Part shown: positions 32,715 to 46,731 of the stretch, piece after piece
Position numbering within the stretch: the stretch's first letter is position 1
How the letters are laid out: each line of letters begins with the position of its first letter
NCBI RefSeq assembly: GCF_009914755.1
Contig: NC_060925.1
Length of the DNA stretch: 64,000 nt
Source: the human T2T-CHM13v2.0 reference genome, Homo sapiens
Strand: one strand, 5' to 3'
Translations under genes and position numbers: made by a program
The notes under the pieces: model-generated
The model's input: only the letters and a program-made list of their open reading frames with translations
The model's database searches: none
What the model was told of the DNA's origin: nothing

Positions 32715-33578
32715 GTGAGTTTAGCTGCCTGCTAGCCAGTTTCTCTTCTCTTCCATTTTCAGTATTTTGCTTTTTGCTTGCTTGCATGAGGCTGCAGCCT
32801 AGGTATGCCAGTAAGTTTCACATCCATTTTGAATGAATTAAAATCAAGTAAAAACTAACCCTAATTACTAACACTGCTATTTTATATGACAGGAGAACAG
32901 TCACATACATTAGATGTACAAATGCATGAGTGAGTAGAAGGGAGGGCCGTTCCAAACCACTGCAGGGCATGCCGAGGATGCGGTGGAGGAAGCCTCAGGA
33001 CGAAAACAGGGCTGGCAGGCCACGTACACGGCCAAATAACGCTGCGTTATACGAAAACATTCAGCCAGTGGCTTTTTGTGATTAAGATAATTTGCCACAT
33101 GAAATTTTCTCAACGATTGCTTTGTCAAAATTTCTAAAGCAAGGAGGCTCACTAGGAGGTCGTACTAGGGTTTTTTTTTTTTAATGAATCTATTTCTTAC
33201 TGAGAATGACTGTTTCCCTATACCCTGCTCCTGTGCCTGCATTTTCTAAATCTCTCCCTCCCTGGTGCTGTGAGGTAAGTCACTGTACAAGGCTGCCCTT
33301 TCAGAACAAACCCAGGACGTTCATTATAAAATAGCGAACTGGCCTTCCAGCACTTGATGGGAATGCTGAATAATGAAAATGTGGTGTGAAATGTCTCGAA
33401 TATTTATATTTTACATAACAAGAGCAGGGATTCCAATAGGCTTTGAATTTTAGAGAAATTACAATGAGTAATTTTAGTTCCTGAGATTTTAGAATATGAT
33501 GCTAGTTTGTAAGCAGGGCAAAAGGCAACAGTCTCCCAGAAGCAACTATAATGTGTTTGAATTATAATAAAAGATTTA

Positions 33579-33952
<374 letters not shown>

Positions 33953-34237
33953 TTAATTTAAATGAATTTAGATTAATTTGACAACCTGTTTCTTATATAT
34001 AATCTTAAGAGAAAAAATGAGTTGAAATTATAACATGGGAATTTTCTCTATCAACTCAACTATATTCAATGCCCCCTCTTCTTAACCTTACACTAATACT
34101 TTATTTAGTCATCTTTAAGATTTCTGAGAAAAGGTCATAGTTCAAAAAATCTTAAAACTGCTAATGTTTCTGGAGATATTATTTCCCATCTAACTAGACT
34201 TATGTTGGTGCTAATCTTTATTTATTATATTTTAACC

Positions 34238-34455
34238 CAGAAGTTGGCAAATGTTTTTCTGAAAGGCCAGATAGTAAATACCTTAAGCTTTGTGGGCTGT
34301 ATGGTCTGTCCCAACTACTCAGTTCTTTTAATGTAGCAGGAAAGCAGCCACAGACAACACATAAATGAATGGCTATGGCTGTGTTCTAATACAACTTTAT
34401 TTATACAAATAGATACTGGACTAGATTTTGGCCCACAGGTTGTAGTATGCCAACT
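34238..34455. mobile_element. MER58A-like hAT fossil
   Basis: gttggcaaa...ggccagatagtaaata...tgtagtatgccaac. Confidence 0.75.
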
Positions 34456-34526
34456 TGATGATAGAAGAATTTAGTTTTTATAAGTTCTTCTTAATAATGA
34501 CCTTAACCCTAGATTTAAAAGCTTTA

Positions 34527-34829
<303 letters not shown>

Positions 34830-35699
34830 TTAAAGGCTCATTTATTTAAAACTATAAATAATTGCTAAAGGAAAAATTTGTTTTTTGGGGGAAAAAAGCA
34901 GCTATACTCTTACGTAAACTTAACTAATTAATCCTCTCTAGACTTAAGGAATTGTTCTCAATTAAAATATTTCAGGTCCCTTGTGATAGAGCTGGCTCGG
35001 AGACGTTTTTTTTGAAATGTAAGAAAAAAAGAGGACAAAAATCTCCATTTCTCCCTCTATTCCCTCTCACCCTCTGCATATATATAGATAATCTTTCTTT
35101 CCATTTTAAAAAACCTCCAAGAGAATAGATGCATGCCCTAGTGTTCAGTTCAACTACAACTTGTAGTATCATGCATGTTATATGCAATTAATATCACCTG
35201 CTGCAAGGACAACATTTTTACGGGAGGTGGTTGCTTATGCGTTTTTGAAACTTGTTAGTTTCTGGTATGTTAATGACCGTTTTTAAGAGCACATTTTCAG
35301 AAGGTGCTTTTCAATGCAAACCAGAATCCCAACCTCAATTTCTTTAATGCCTGCTGCATTCTATTGTGAACTCCTAAAACTCCTACTCATGCATGGAAAG
35401 TTGGAATCTCATGACACCCCTTATGCCTCACGACATCTATGCAAGTTTGAGAGATAGGGGCTGAGAAGGTTCCTTCTATCCTGGTGATATTTAGCTAACT
35501 CTGTGAACCAAGGAATAGCGTATATATGGCTTTGTATGATTGCCAATAAGATCTTCTCTCCCTCGTTCTTCCATCGGAGAAGTCACAGTGGCACTCCCTC
35601 TAACAATCCCCAAGTTGAAATTAGTCTTGGGAGGCAGAGCATTCTCTGAGGAAGATTTATAGTCGTGGAAATTATGTTAAGATAAAATACTTATTTTTG

Positions 35700-36042
<343 letters not shown>

Positions 36043-38924
36043 TTAAAACATGGTTTATACATTGAAAAATAATATTTTCCCAGCTACTGGAGGCTGAGGT
36101 GGGAGGATTGCTTGAGCCCAGAAGGTCGAGGCTACAGTGTGTCATGATAGTGCCACTGTACTCCAGCCTGCACAACAGAGTGAGACCCTGTCCCAGAAAA
36201 GAAAAGAAAAGAAAAGAAAAATAATATCTGGAAACTTACAGAATTAAATTTTATGGGACAGTATTTGTTAAACACTAATACTGACCCAAACTCCTACGTC
36301 AGTGGAGCAGGGGGAGATCTAAAAAGGCAGAATTAAGACACGACAGACAAATTCCAGCAGCAGAGCAATCAGAAAATACCACTTGTGTCTTGAAATGTTT
36401 AGTCTTTGCTTGGGGAAGGCTAAGAAAAAGCACCAAATATTTTTCACTGAGTACAGCTCACTTTTATCCCCCTTTCCTTCAGGCCTACCTCTTAATTTAT
36501 CCAGTAACTTAAAGTGAAATTAACAAACTCTCGATACTGTCATCAGGGTTTTTGGTTGTTTTGTTTTTTGTTTTTCTGTTTTTTGTCTTGGACACAATAG
36601 CTGTGTTTAGGAGAGAACTTTTGTTCTACACAAAGAGATTATTTAAATTAACAAAAGTGATTTCTCAGCAAATGACTGAAGGATTTTTAAGGTTTAAGAA
36701 ACTTTTAAAGTACATATGCTGAAAAGATACTTTCATTTGGATTTTGAGTATATCTAACAGGATATTATTCAGTTGCATAGAGAAAAACCAAGATACCTCA
36801 TATGTTAGCAGGTAGTTCAGTTACATAACAGATTTATCCTCAAGGTATTGAGACTTGCTTGACCTAAAAAAATAAAAACTAAAATGCCTGTTTTTCTAGA
36901 CAGAAAATGTCTTTCCACTTCTCTAAGACATTTATTTTTCGTGGATAGTAGAAAGTGTTCTCATAGATGAGTGACACCGCTCTTTGAAAAGCAATTTCTA
37001 GACAAATTCCTCCTTTCCCGATACGAGACACTATTTCTGTGAGAAGGCTTTATAAACTGTAACAATCACTATGGGTGTTATTAAAAGCAGTGGGAATGCT
37101 AGTATTTAATTAACCTATTTCTTATAAACTGCTGGCCTAGTCACCTGTGTTCAGTAAAGGCAGGTGCAGTTATTTTACTGGAACAAAACCTTAATTGGAG
37201 GAAGAAGAAATAACACTTTTTAGTCACATATTTTCAAACAACATATTTTCTTTTTATTTGAGAACCGGGTTTCCAAACACTTTGCCAGAAGCTGGTAAGT
37301 AGGGGTCTCAACAGAGCAGCTCTGCTGTGTGCTTCTGAGAACAGCCCCGGGTCATAGCTGCACTGGGTCATTACCAAGTTCTGAAAATTACGCTTACACT
37401 TTTGGCTGTTTTATGTACACTTTTATCCAAGGGACAGTTCTCTAACAATGCGGGGAAGTGTACTGAGAAGTAAACAGTGCTCTAGGGTCAACAAATGTGT
37501 TCTCACACTTCCGTAGCTCAATTTGGCATGAGGCATAGTTTCTAAGTGGCCCGATGTGTTCATGAGAAGTAAGACGTGAATGTGGGATGTGTCATCATGG
37601 ATGTATTTTAAATCTTCAAAGTAATTTTGTCTCACTTGCCTCTTTTAGGAAATGAATATTTTTGGAACACAGTGGTGTGTGTTAAATTGCAGACAACATG
37701 CTCTGTGTCATTCTTATTGGGCCTCTCTGTCTTTTTTGTTTTGCAATCCAAATGAGATTTCTGGAAAATGGCAAGATCTCTCTTTTCCTAAATTCCCCAC
37801 AAGCTATTGCAGCTCTCAAAGCAACAGGTAATAATCAGAAAGCCGCATCCGCTGCCCTGTCTATTTTTGACGTCCAGCATTGCGAGAATATTCCCGCTGA
37901 ACTCCACTGACTCATGAGACATTTCTCTGGCTGAGCATCACTGAGTAGATGTAATGAAGCAGCTTTGCCTTACGCTTTACCCATGGAGCCATTGTTTGCT
38001 ACAAGTTTCTGAAGCAGGCCTACTTCATTGATTCATAAATGATCATTGGACGTCTGATGGAAGTAAACCCTGTGGGCTTTTGCTGGCTTTCAGTGCTGTT
38101 GCTTACGACATCACTTCAGTACATTACGATGCAACTTTTTGGGAAGGGGGAATTGAGACTACAATGGTATCCCAGAGTGGTGATTATTCTCAGCCTAGAA
38201 TGCTTGGGGAAATACTGGGATTGTCTTTAATGTTAATAGCTGAATGGTAACAGGTCAGTCTTGCTATTCTAATTACTGTGAGTCTGAGCCAATAAGAGTT
38301 CTACTTTGCAAGTTACTGATAGGAGTCAGAAATGTGGCCGCACAGCTCTCCTGAGGGCAGCACTGGCGCTGTGGGAACTGTAGCTTCTGTCCTGCATTGC
38401 CTCTATGAGCTCAGGGAAGACTGCTTTGCCTGTCTTCTGTGTAAGTGAATTTAGAAGTAAGTGCAGTTATAATTTTTTTTTTTTAGATAGCCTGGACATT
38501 TTTAGATTCAGTTCTTTCTTAGCCCTGAATGAGTCGAACAGTTGTAATTCCTTAAGAGAACTGAGCACTCAGTAACCCTTAGCTAAGTGTGTGTAACATA
38601 ACAAAAGTTTATCATGCACCTGTGTTCCAAGTTCTATAGATATGGTGACCACAGGTCCTGGATTTTCAAGTCTAATTCCAATTTCAAAAATTCTTGTCTA
38701 TATTTACCAAGTTTGTATACTGAAAAATTTGCTTACAACATAGGTAATGTTAATGAAACCAGTTCAGTCCATTGATTTTGGTTTCAGTCTACAAAATTGA
38801 ATTTTTTTCCTTCCAATGAATTTTTCAGTTGTTTTTATATAATATGAACACAGCATTTGTAAGACAGATTAGTAACAGACAGATAGAAAACGATCTAATT
38901 CACTTTTTTTTTTTAAGACTAACA

Positions 38925-39190
38925 AGCAGCTCATGCCTGTAATCCCAGCACTTTTGGGGGCTGAGGCAGGAGAATTGCTTGAGGCCAGGAGTTCAAGACC
39001 AGCTTGGGCAATATATTTAGATCCCCTGTCTAGACAAAAAAATTTTAAAATTAGCCAGGTATGGTGATGTGTACCTGTAGTCTAGCTACTCAGGAGGCTA
39101 AGGCTAAGGATTGCTTGAGCCCAGAAATTCCAGGCCACAGTGAGCTATGACTGTTCCACTGCACTCCAGTCTGGTCAACCCTCTCTCTAA
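38925..39190 (+). mobile_element. AluJ-like
   Basis: Diverged consensus. Confidence 0.9.
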
Positions 39191-40079
39191 ATAAGTGGAG
39201 AAAATAAAAGCTAACAAGCAGGAATAATTATTATTACAAAAGCAGCACATACTAATTGTAGTGAATTCTGGAAATACAAATAACCAAGGAGAATCACCCA
39301 GAGATAATAATGGTTAAACTTCTATTTTGTATCCTTCTCATTGGTAAAGATTTATTTTTAACATCTGCCTGAATAATCATTCATGTCCTTAACTAATAAC
39401 AAGGTGATCATAAATTTAGCCATTTGAAACACTCTGATTTGAAACATCTATTTCTTAAAATTTGTTTTAAAATTCTAGTATATGTTATTCTAAATCACTT
39501 TGGTGATATAATTGTTTTCTGTTTCTTTGGAGGCAATATAACATTCAAACATTATTTTATCCAGTTGACATTTGATTTAAAACAAAACAAAAATTAAGCC
39601 CCACTGTCTCATCCTAATAATCTACTCTCAAGTAACATAAAACTTCATTTATGATTTCACTAGGGCAGATAGTAAGCCTCTCAATTTCATGTTAACTTTC
39701 AGAGGTAAGTTAACATCTATATGGTCCATAAATTGCAAATTGGAGAATAAAGCTAAAAATCTCCCTTGATTCTTACACACATTCTTTTCACACATTTTAG
39801 GATTCTAAATAATTGTGTTGTAAAATCAATAAGTACATTTTATGTGAGGGTCTTCCCCCACCAAGAATGTTTTTTATTAATAAAATCAATATAGTGTCTT
39901 ATAAAAGATGACACCTTAGAATTGAGAAAATGTAATTGTTGTTAATTTCATCTCATACCATGGAAATTTTCCAAATGCATGTTTCTTATAAAGTCTTTTA
40001 GAAAAAACAATAAAATATGATTTTTAAAATACTTCTGTGTTATCCTGGGAGATATTTTTAGAGACAGTGAAATGTTGAA

Positions 40080-40250
40080 ACTATAGGTTTGGAAGTCAGA
40101 CAAACCTGGACTCAATTCCCTGTTCTGCCATTTATTAACTGTGTGAATTGGGGCAGATTGCTTAATTCCTATAAATCTCAGATTCTGCATTTACAAATTG
40201 GAGCTAATGGCAGTGTTGTGAGGACTACATAAAGTAACAGATATTAAGTA
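40080..40250 (+). mobile_element. MIR
   Basis: ttggaagtcagacaaacctgg...ctcagattctgcatttacaaattgg. Confidence 0.7.
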
Positions 40251-41722
40251 ACCTGTATAGCTATTGGAATTTAATACTTTTTCTCTCTCATTTTCCCCTT
40301 TTTTTTCTAATTCCTCCTTGAACGACTTTCTGTAAAAAATGTTTGTGCCATTTAAGTCATTTTGATGTCATGTATAATGCTAGCATACTATGATAACTTT
40401 ATCATGAAGCTAAGAACTAAATTCTCCACTTTAACTCAGGAGTTGTGGAAGCCTGGAAAATATATCTGAAAATTGCATTGTTCTCATTTTTCCTGCGTAG
40501 ACATTGTACGTGGACATGCACCTCTCCTTAACCTCGTGGTCTGTGAGGCCATCACTAATTTCATAGAGTATTTACTTGACAACTTTAAAACCTTATGAAA
40601 ACTTAACTTTTTAATTAGTTCTGAAAGAAACTGAAAAAACTGCAAAAACAAATGTGACCATTTTAACTAAAAGAAAAATGTTTAGGGTATACCTCCCCTG
40701 ACCAGCTGATTATAGATTCTTTGGTATGAAACCACATAAAACATTTCTGGCTTATAATTCACTCTCCTTTTTATTTCATCTCAATGATGAACTTAATATT
40801 TCTAAAGCATTCCTGTTCATTCGAGAAAAATTGTGAATGTATAACATCGTCGTGTTTATGCTATCAGATTTTGAGTTCAGAATTCCTCAAATTATAGACA
40901 TCTCATCAGTGATGGAGTCACTGTCGCATATTTGTGAATGAGGTCTGTGCTAGTGCAGAAAGAAAATGTAGCATTTGAAGTGGCATGCACACGCTGCAGA
41001 AATTCAGCAGATAGGTCTGCACAAGTACAGATATTGCATGTCCAGAAGCGAAGTTGGCATCAGTGCATGCCTTGCATTTCCAGCCAAAGGGATGTTAGTA
41101 TAGATATTGCATGTTTAAAAATTGAACAGACTATAGCATGTTTCAATTTTTAAAAAGCCATTTATTTATCAAGTATGCATGTCCAAAATTAGGGACCTAT
41201 AGTGATGTACAATTCTATACTGTAATATGACCCAAATTAATCCATGGTATATTTAATTATAAAATTTAAAACTAAATGATATTTGGATCTACTCATGAAC
41301 ATAGCAATGTATTCTAACTGTGCCTGTTAACAAAAAAAGATTCAACAGTTTTAGAGATACACTGTTTGTCACTGTCATTTATAAAAATCACACTAGGACC
41401 AAGCTAGGGCTTGGTATATGTAGTAAGTAAATCAGACAAGTAAGCAAGTTTTCAAAGATTATAATTCTTTTTAGTATTACTGATAACATCATAAAGCTTT
41501 TCTTCTAAAAGAGAGCATCTTCTCTATGAAGAGATTGTATCAACTTTGCAGAATACTCAGAAATGATTCTGCTTGGAAGTGGTAAATATAAATGTTTTCT
41601 TAAATTGCTATTATACCATATGTGCCATTCCAGACTCTCAACCTATACAATATAGCAATAACTGATTACTGGTTTTTTCACACTATTTTCTTTCTGCCTG
41701 AGTATTATCAGGTTTTACTTGA

Positions 41723-42022
<300 letters not shown>

Positions 42023-42791
42023 TTACTTTACTGGTATAACTTAAGATAATAGGAGAGCCTCTTAGAGAATCAGAAAAATATATTTGAGATTATAGCCCTC
42101 TGTATAGCACCACGACAAATCCACCTTTTCCTGATCATGCTGTTGCAGTAGAGTATGGTGTCCTAAGAAACTGTTGCTCCTATTTGGCTAAATCAGCCTC
42201 TCACATCCATTTTTGGGAAACAAATGTTATTATATGGTATGCAGTACCACAAACTGTGACTTACACCACATGCATTGCCTTACATTTGATCATTCTGCTA
42301 TTAAGGCAGGTTCGTAATTGTCAGTGTAGAGAAATACTCTTACAGCAGACAGCAGCTTCCCCAGCACCCCATCTACATCAGGTGGCCATATCCAAAAAAA
42401 CTGAGACTGATTTTTATATTAAAAATTACAGATTGGCAGTGATAATTAATAAGTAATTTGCTGATGTGAACTTTCCATGACTCAGTCTATAACAATGTTA
42501 TTTAAATTTGTTTACTACAGTATGTTTGATGAATAGAACGAAGTACCTTATCAGTATCGCACCCTATGGCTGTCCATCTGGGATCACTGGGAGGAGGAAC
42601 CTAAATGTCTTTTTAAGTTATAATGTGGAATGGGAGGAAAGTAAGGAATTATAAAAATCAAAGTCTCCACAAAACCTGTGTGAAGGAGTAGAGTTGTACA
42701 GATGTATGATTAGGTTCAAGAAAGCTAACAATCTTGAGTCTATGAACAAAGCAGTAGTAGCTTAATCCCTAGATATATTAAAAGCTAAATA

Positions 42792-43126
<335 letters not shown>

Positions 43127-43504
43127 TCATACAGAGTGATAGGACATTAATGGTGGTCCACGAGACTAAAAAGAAAGTTATTTGAATAGTTAAATTTTTA
43201 TTAAGATAAACATGTGATTGTCACACTTGATTTAATACATTAGACTTTGATTTTGCTCTATTCTTAGAGCGCTCGATGTAGAGCAAAGCTTTAGAATGAT
43301 TTTTTTTTCACCTTAAGTAGGGTCACGTCTTTCCTTTGAATATTTTCCCCAACAATTTCACAGGAGTTTCTTTTGCCGTCAATCCTCAAAACGGTTTTAG
43401 TCTTGGCTTTTCAGTTCAGAGGGAGTGGTAATACCCCTTTCCTTTACTTGGTCACAATTCACTATAGAGTTATCGCCTGCTGTTTTGTTTTGTTTCTCTT
43501 CCAG

Positions 43505-43537
43505 AGTGAAAGAATTGAAAAAGGCCAAGGAACTTGA
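43505..43537 (+). CDS. CAMTA1: CAMTA1 last exon, coding part (SERIEKGQGT*); if the 31-nt exon is skipped, reads VKELKKAKELEDIQQHPLAM* to 43568
   Basis: Strong polypyrimidine tract, ttccag|. TGA at 43535-43537 and at 43566-43568. Confidence 0.93.
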   Translation, partial: SERIEKGQGT

Positions 43538-43621
43538 AGACATACAGCAGCATCCCTTAGCAATGTGACATTGCTTTTCAGACTGTTTTCATTTCTGTTT
43601 TTAGCAGAGACATGCAACAAC

Positions 43622-43667
43622 AACACACACGCACACACGCACACACACACACGTACACACACATACA
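43622..43667 (+). repeat. Imperfect (CA)n in the CAMTA1 3'UTR
   Basis: Read directly from sequence. Confidence 0.9.
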
Positions 43668-46600
43668 AAATCCCTCTGCAGTTTTGGGGAGATCAGCTGC
43701 AGGATTTTAACAGGAATGTTTTGGTCATTGCATTTGCACTTTCATGGACAACTTTTAATTTGATCAGCAAGACATCTTGGAACTCAATCTTCTGTTGGAT
43801 CACGGGAAATCAAGACACCCAGGAGGAATTGAAAGAGGCTTCCTCTTCTCAGGAAGAAGCCATTTCCTTCTCATATAGGGCTGTATTCAAACATCGTGTG
43901 GAACTGTACAAATATTTATACCAAAAATATAGATAAGAAAAGGTGGGGCTATACTAGCAACAAAAAAAGAATGCTGTTCCTGCACCTGCCGGTTATTTCC
44001 AAGAAGCTGAATCTTTGGGACTGATTCTCAGTGGAGGGCTTAGATCATACAAAAATCTTTATTGGGTCCGTGTGTTCTCATTTCCTTCACTGTTTATTTT
44101 TGTTTGTTTGTTTGTTTGTTTTAATCTCTACAGCACATTTAATGCAACTTTTGAAATCTGCAGGTTTTTAATGTCTTGTGGAAATTTGCAGAGGGGCAGG
44201 TGTGTGGTAAACGGGTAATGCATGGGAAATAATGAGAAGCAGCTCACAGAGTTTAAACTATTTTCTTGTCCCCACCACCTTCCAAGAACCTGCGAGGGTA
44301 GTAATCATCTTGTCCCCTTTTTCATGTTCAGCACTTTAATTTTTTTGCCTTACTTTCATGTGCAATGAGAATTACTTAAGAATTGGTAACGCATGTAGCC
44401 TTTTTTAGTAACCTTGGAAGCTGTAGTAATTCTAAGGAATCATGAACCTTGCCTGGACATTTGCCACCTAAACGATCAGTGTGGTGCTGCGTTCTGGCCA
44501 GTAAATTCCATGTTTTTGGCTATATCTCATCCAAACTGAGCAGTTTCTGTGTATATATAGAAGGTAGAAATGAAAAGTGAGAAAATATTTGAAAGGGATT
44601 ATATTAATTGCTAAATATTTTATTCACAAAGGTCAATAACATGGCAAGATAAAATTATTTGTATAGTTTTGTCTGAATGAGCGAGAAAAATGTGGATGTA
44701 CTGTTTGTATATATTGTATATATTAAAACAGAGATATGTGCATGAAATCAAGAAAAAAGAAATGAACAAAAGCAAAGCATTAGTGGCTATGGTCTGTAAA
44801 ATGAAACAAAAAAACTTTATTTCACTATAAGAGTACTTTATTTTAAATGTTCTTTAGGAGAACATTTTGCTAAAGCATGACTAAACTGCAAAAAAAAAAA
44901 AAGAGCTACTGTATTTAGACTTAGGAAAAAAGGCAGAGTAACATTACTTAAAAAAAAAAGGATATGTTTACATTTAATTTTGGCTACCAGGAGTTTAGTT
45001 TATTTTATTTAAAATTTTTTTGCCAATGGTGCCAAGTAATGTGAATGCTAATACTGCTTAAGAAAATTAAGTTACTTTTGCAAAACAGATAATCATAAGA
45101 TGAATCAGTATGTAGCTTAACACCATCCACTCACTCCAACAAAGAACACTTAGAATGATAAAAAAAAAAAAAAAAAACCTGACAAAAGAAATAGTATGAA
45201 AAGTAGAAAAATGTCACGTTTCCATATCTCCTGCTGGAAATCAGAAAATATAATAAAATTGCACAAAAAAAAAAATGAAAAAGATGCAGACTGGTCTTTT
45301 AGAGACGGCATGGTATATTACTATTTCCACATAATGAGGAGCCAAAGAAATCTGATGTTTTTAACAATTAAACTGCTAATGTTAAATTGAGAGAATAAAG
45401 TTCGTATTTGCTGATGCCAGTTTAAAATTCCCAGGTTACGTCTGAGGATCAGTTGGTGTAAAGCTGAGATGTTTTTTCTTGGTTCTGGCTGCCAACTGTG
45501 AGTTAAAACTCAAGGCTTGTTGTGAAGCCTAAAAATATTCACAAATAAGCTTTTAAACTGGTGTCTTTGGAAGGAAGGTAGATACAAAAAGATTGTGGTA
45601 AAAACTGGGGTCAGTGCTCTTGGTGCCTTTTCTATAATTGTACTTGTTTTTTAATTACTTCCTTTCACTGCCAACCTCGAATTACTGTACAGTATATGTC
45701 TTTCTGCTTGTGATCAGCTTTGACAACAGTGACAGCCCCACAACTAGTAGCCACCTGTACATTTGTAAACTGACCTGACTCCATTTTGTTTTTAAATGTG
45801 TGGGTTATGTTGCAGCTGTTGCAGTCCCCCAGATACCTATTATTTTACACAATTTGACCTATAGGAGGACACTGAGTAATTTACAAACACAACTGCATTC
45901 ATAAATGGGAATAGAACGTGAAAGCCAGCTCTTTCAGAATATCCTCTATTAATACTGAATTTAGATATCTTTATTCCATTTATTATGGTACAAATAACTG
46001 ATGTTTTAACCAGAGTAATGACCTCAGTGGATTTGCTTTAACCCTCACATTTTTTTTTTAATGTTTCACATGTTACATTATTAGCTGAATACGTTAGAAA
46101 ATGACAGATGGTAGAGACTTCCATAGAATTAAGAGGGTTCTCATGGAGGGGATAGGAAGTAGGTTTAAAGCCTACCAGTGTAACCTACCAGTACAACTGT
46201 GAATCCTAGGCGAGGCAAAAATGCACTTCCACTGAAACGAAGCATTTCTGACCGCTTTTTCTTGGTTATGAATCTTAATTTCGAATATAAGATGATAGGT
46301 AAGCGCAGCTTTCTTGGATAATCTGAATTCCCAAGTGCCAGGAGTAGGATTTCATTATAAAATTAATAGCTAATCTTATTCTATCTCCTGAAGATTTAAT
46401 TGCTATTGTTACCCATTCGAAATCAGCTGTACTGTGTGAACGAAATAAAGACAATAATACGAACCCCTCTCTGGCTGCACGGTCGCTTATGGCAGTTCCA
46501 CACAGTAGTTGGCGCCCAATGGGGGGTCCCTGAGACTTGCATGTAAAACTAGTCTAGATGTCTTCTTTTTTTGTAAGTTTTATTTTTGTAATTGTGCATG

Positions 46601-46725
46601 TAAAGCATCATTGAATCAATGGATCTGTTGAAGAACTCAGCTGCTGGAAACCATGCAAAATGTTTTGAATTGCCCTTAAAATATGGAAAATGTTTTCTGA
46701 ATGCTTTATATTCTTTCTGCTGTAA

Positions 46726-46731
46726 ATTAAA
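46726..46731 (+). terminator. CAMTA1 distal poly(A) signal ATTAAA
   Basis: TGTA immediately upstream, and a GT-rich element (gtgtgtgttttg) ~25 nt downstream. Confidence 0.75.
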
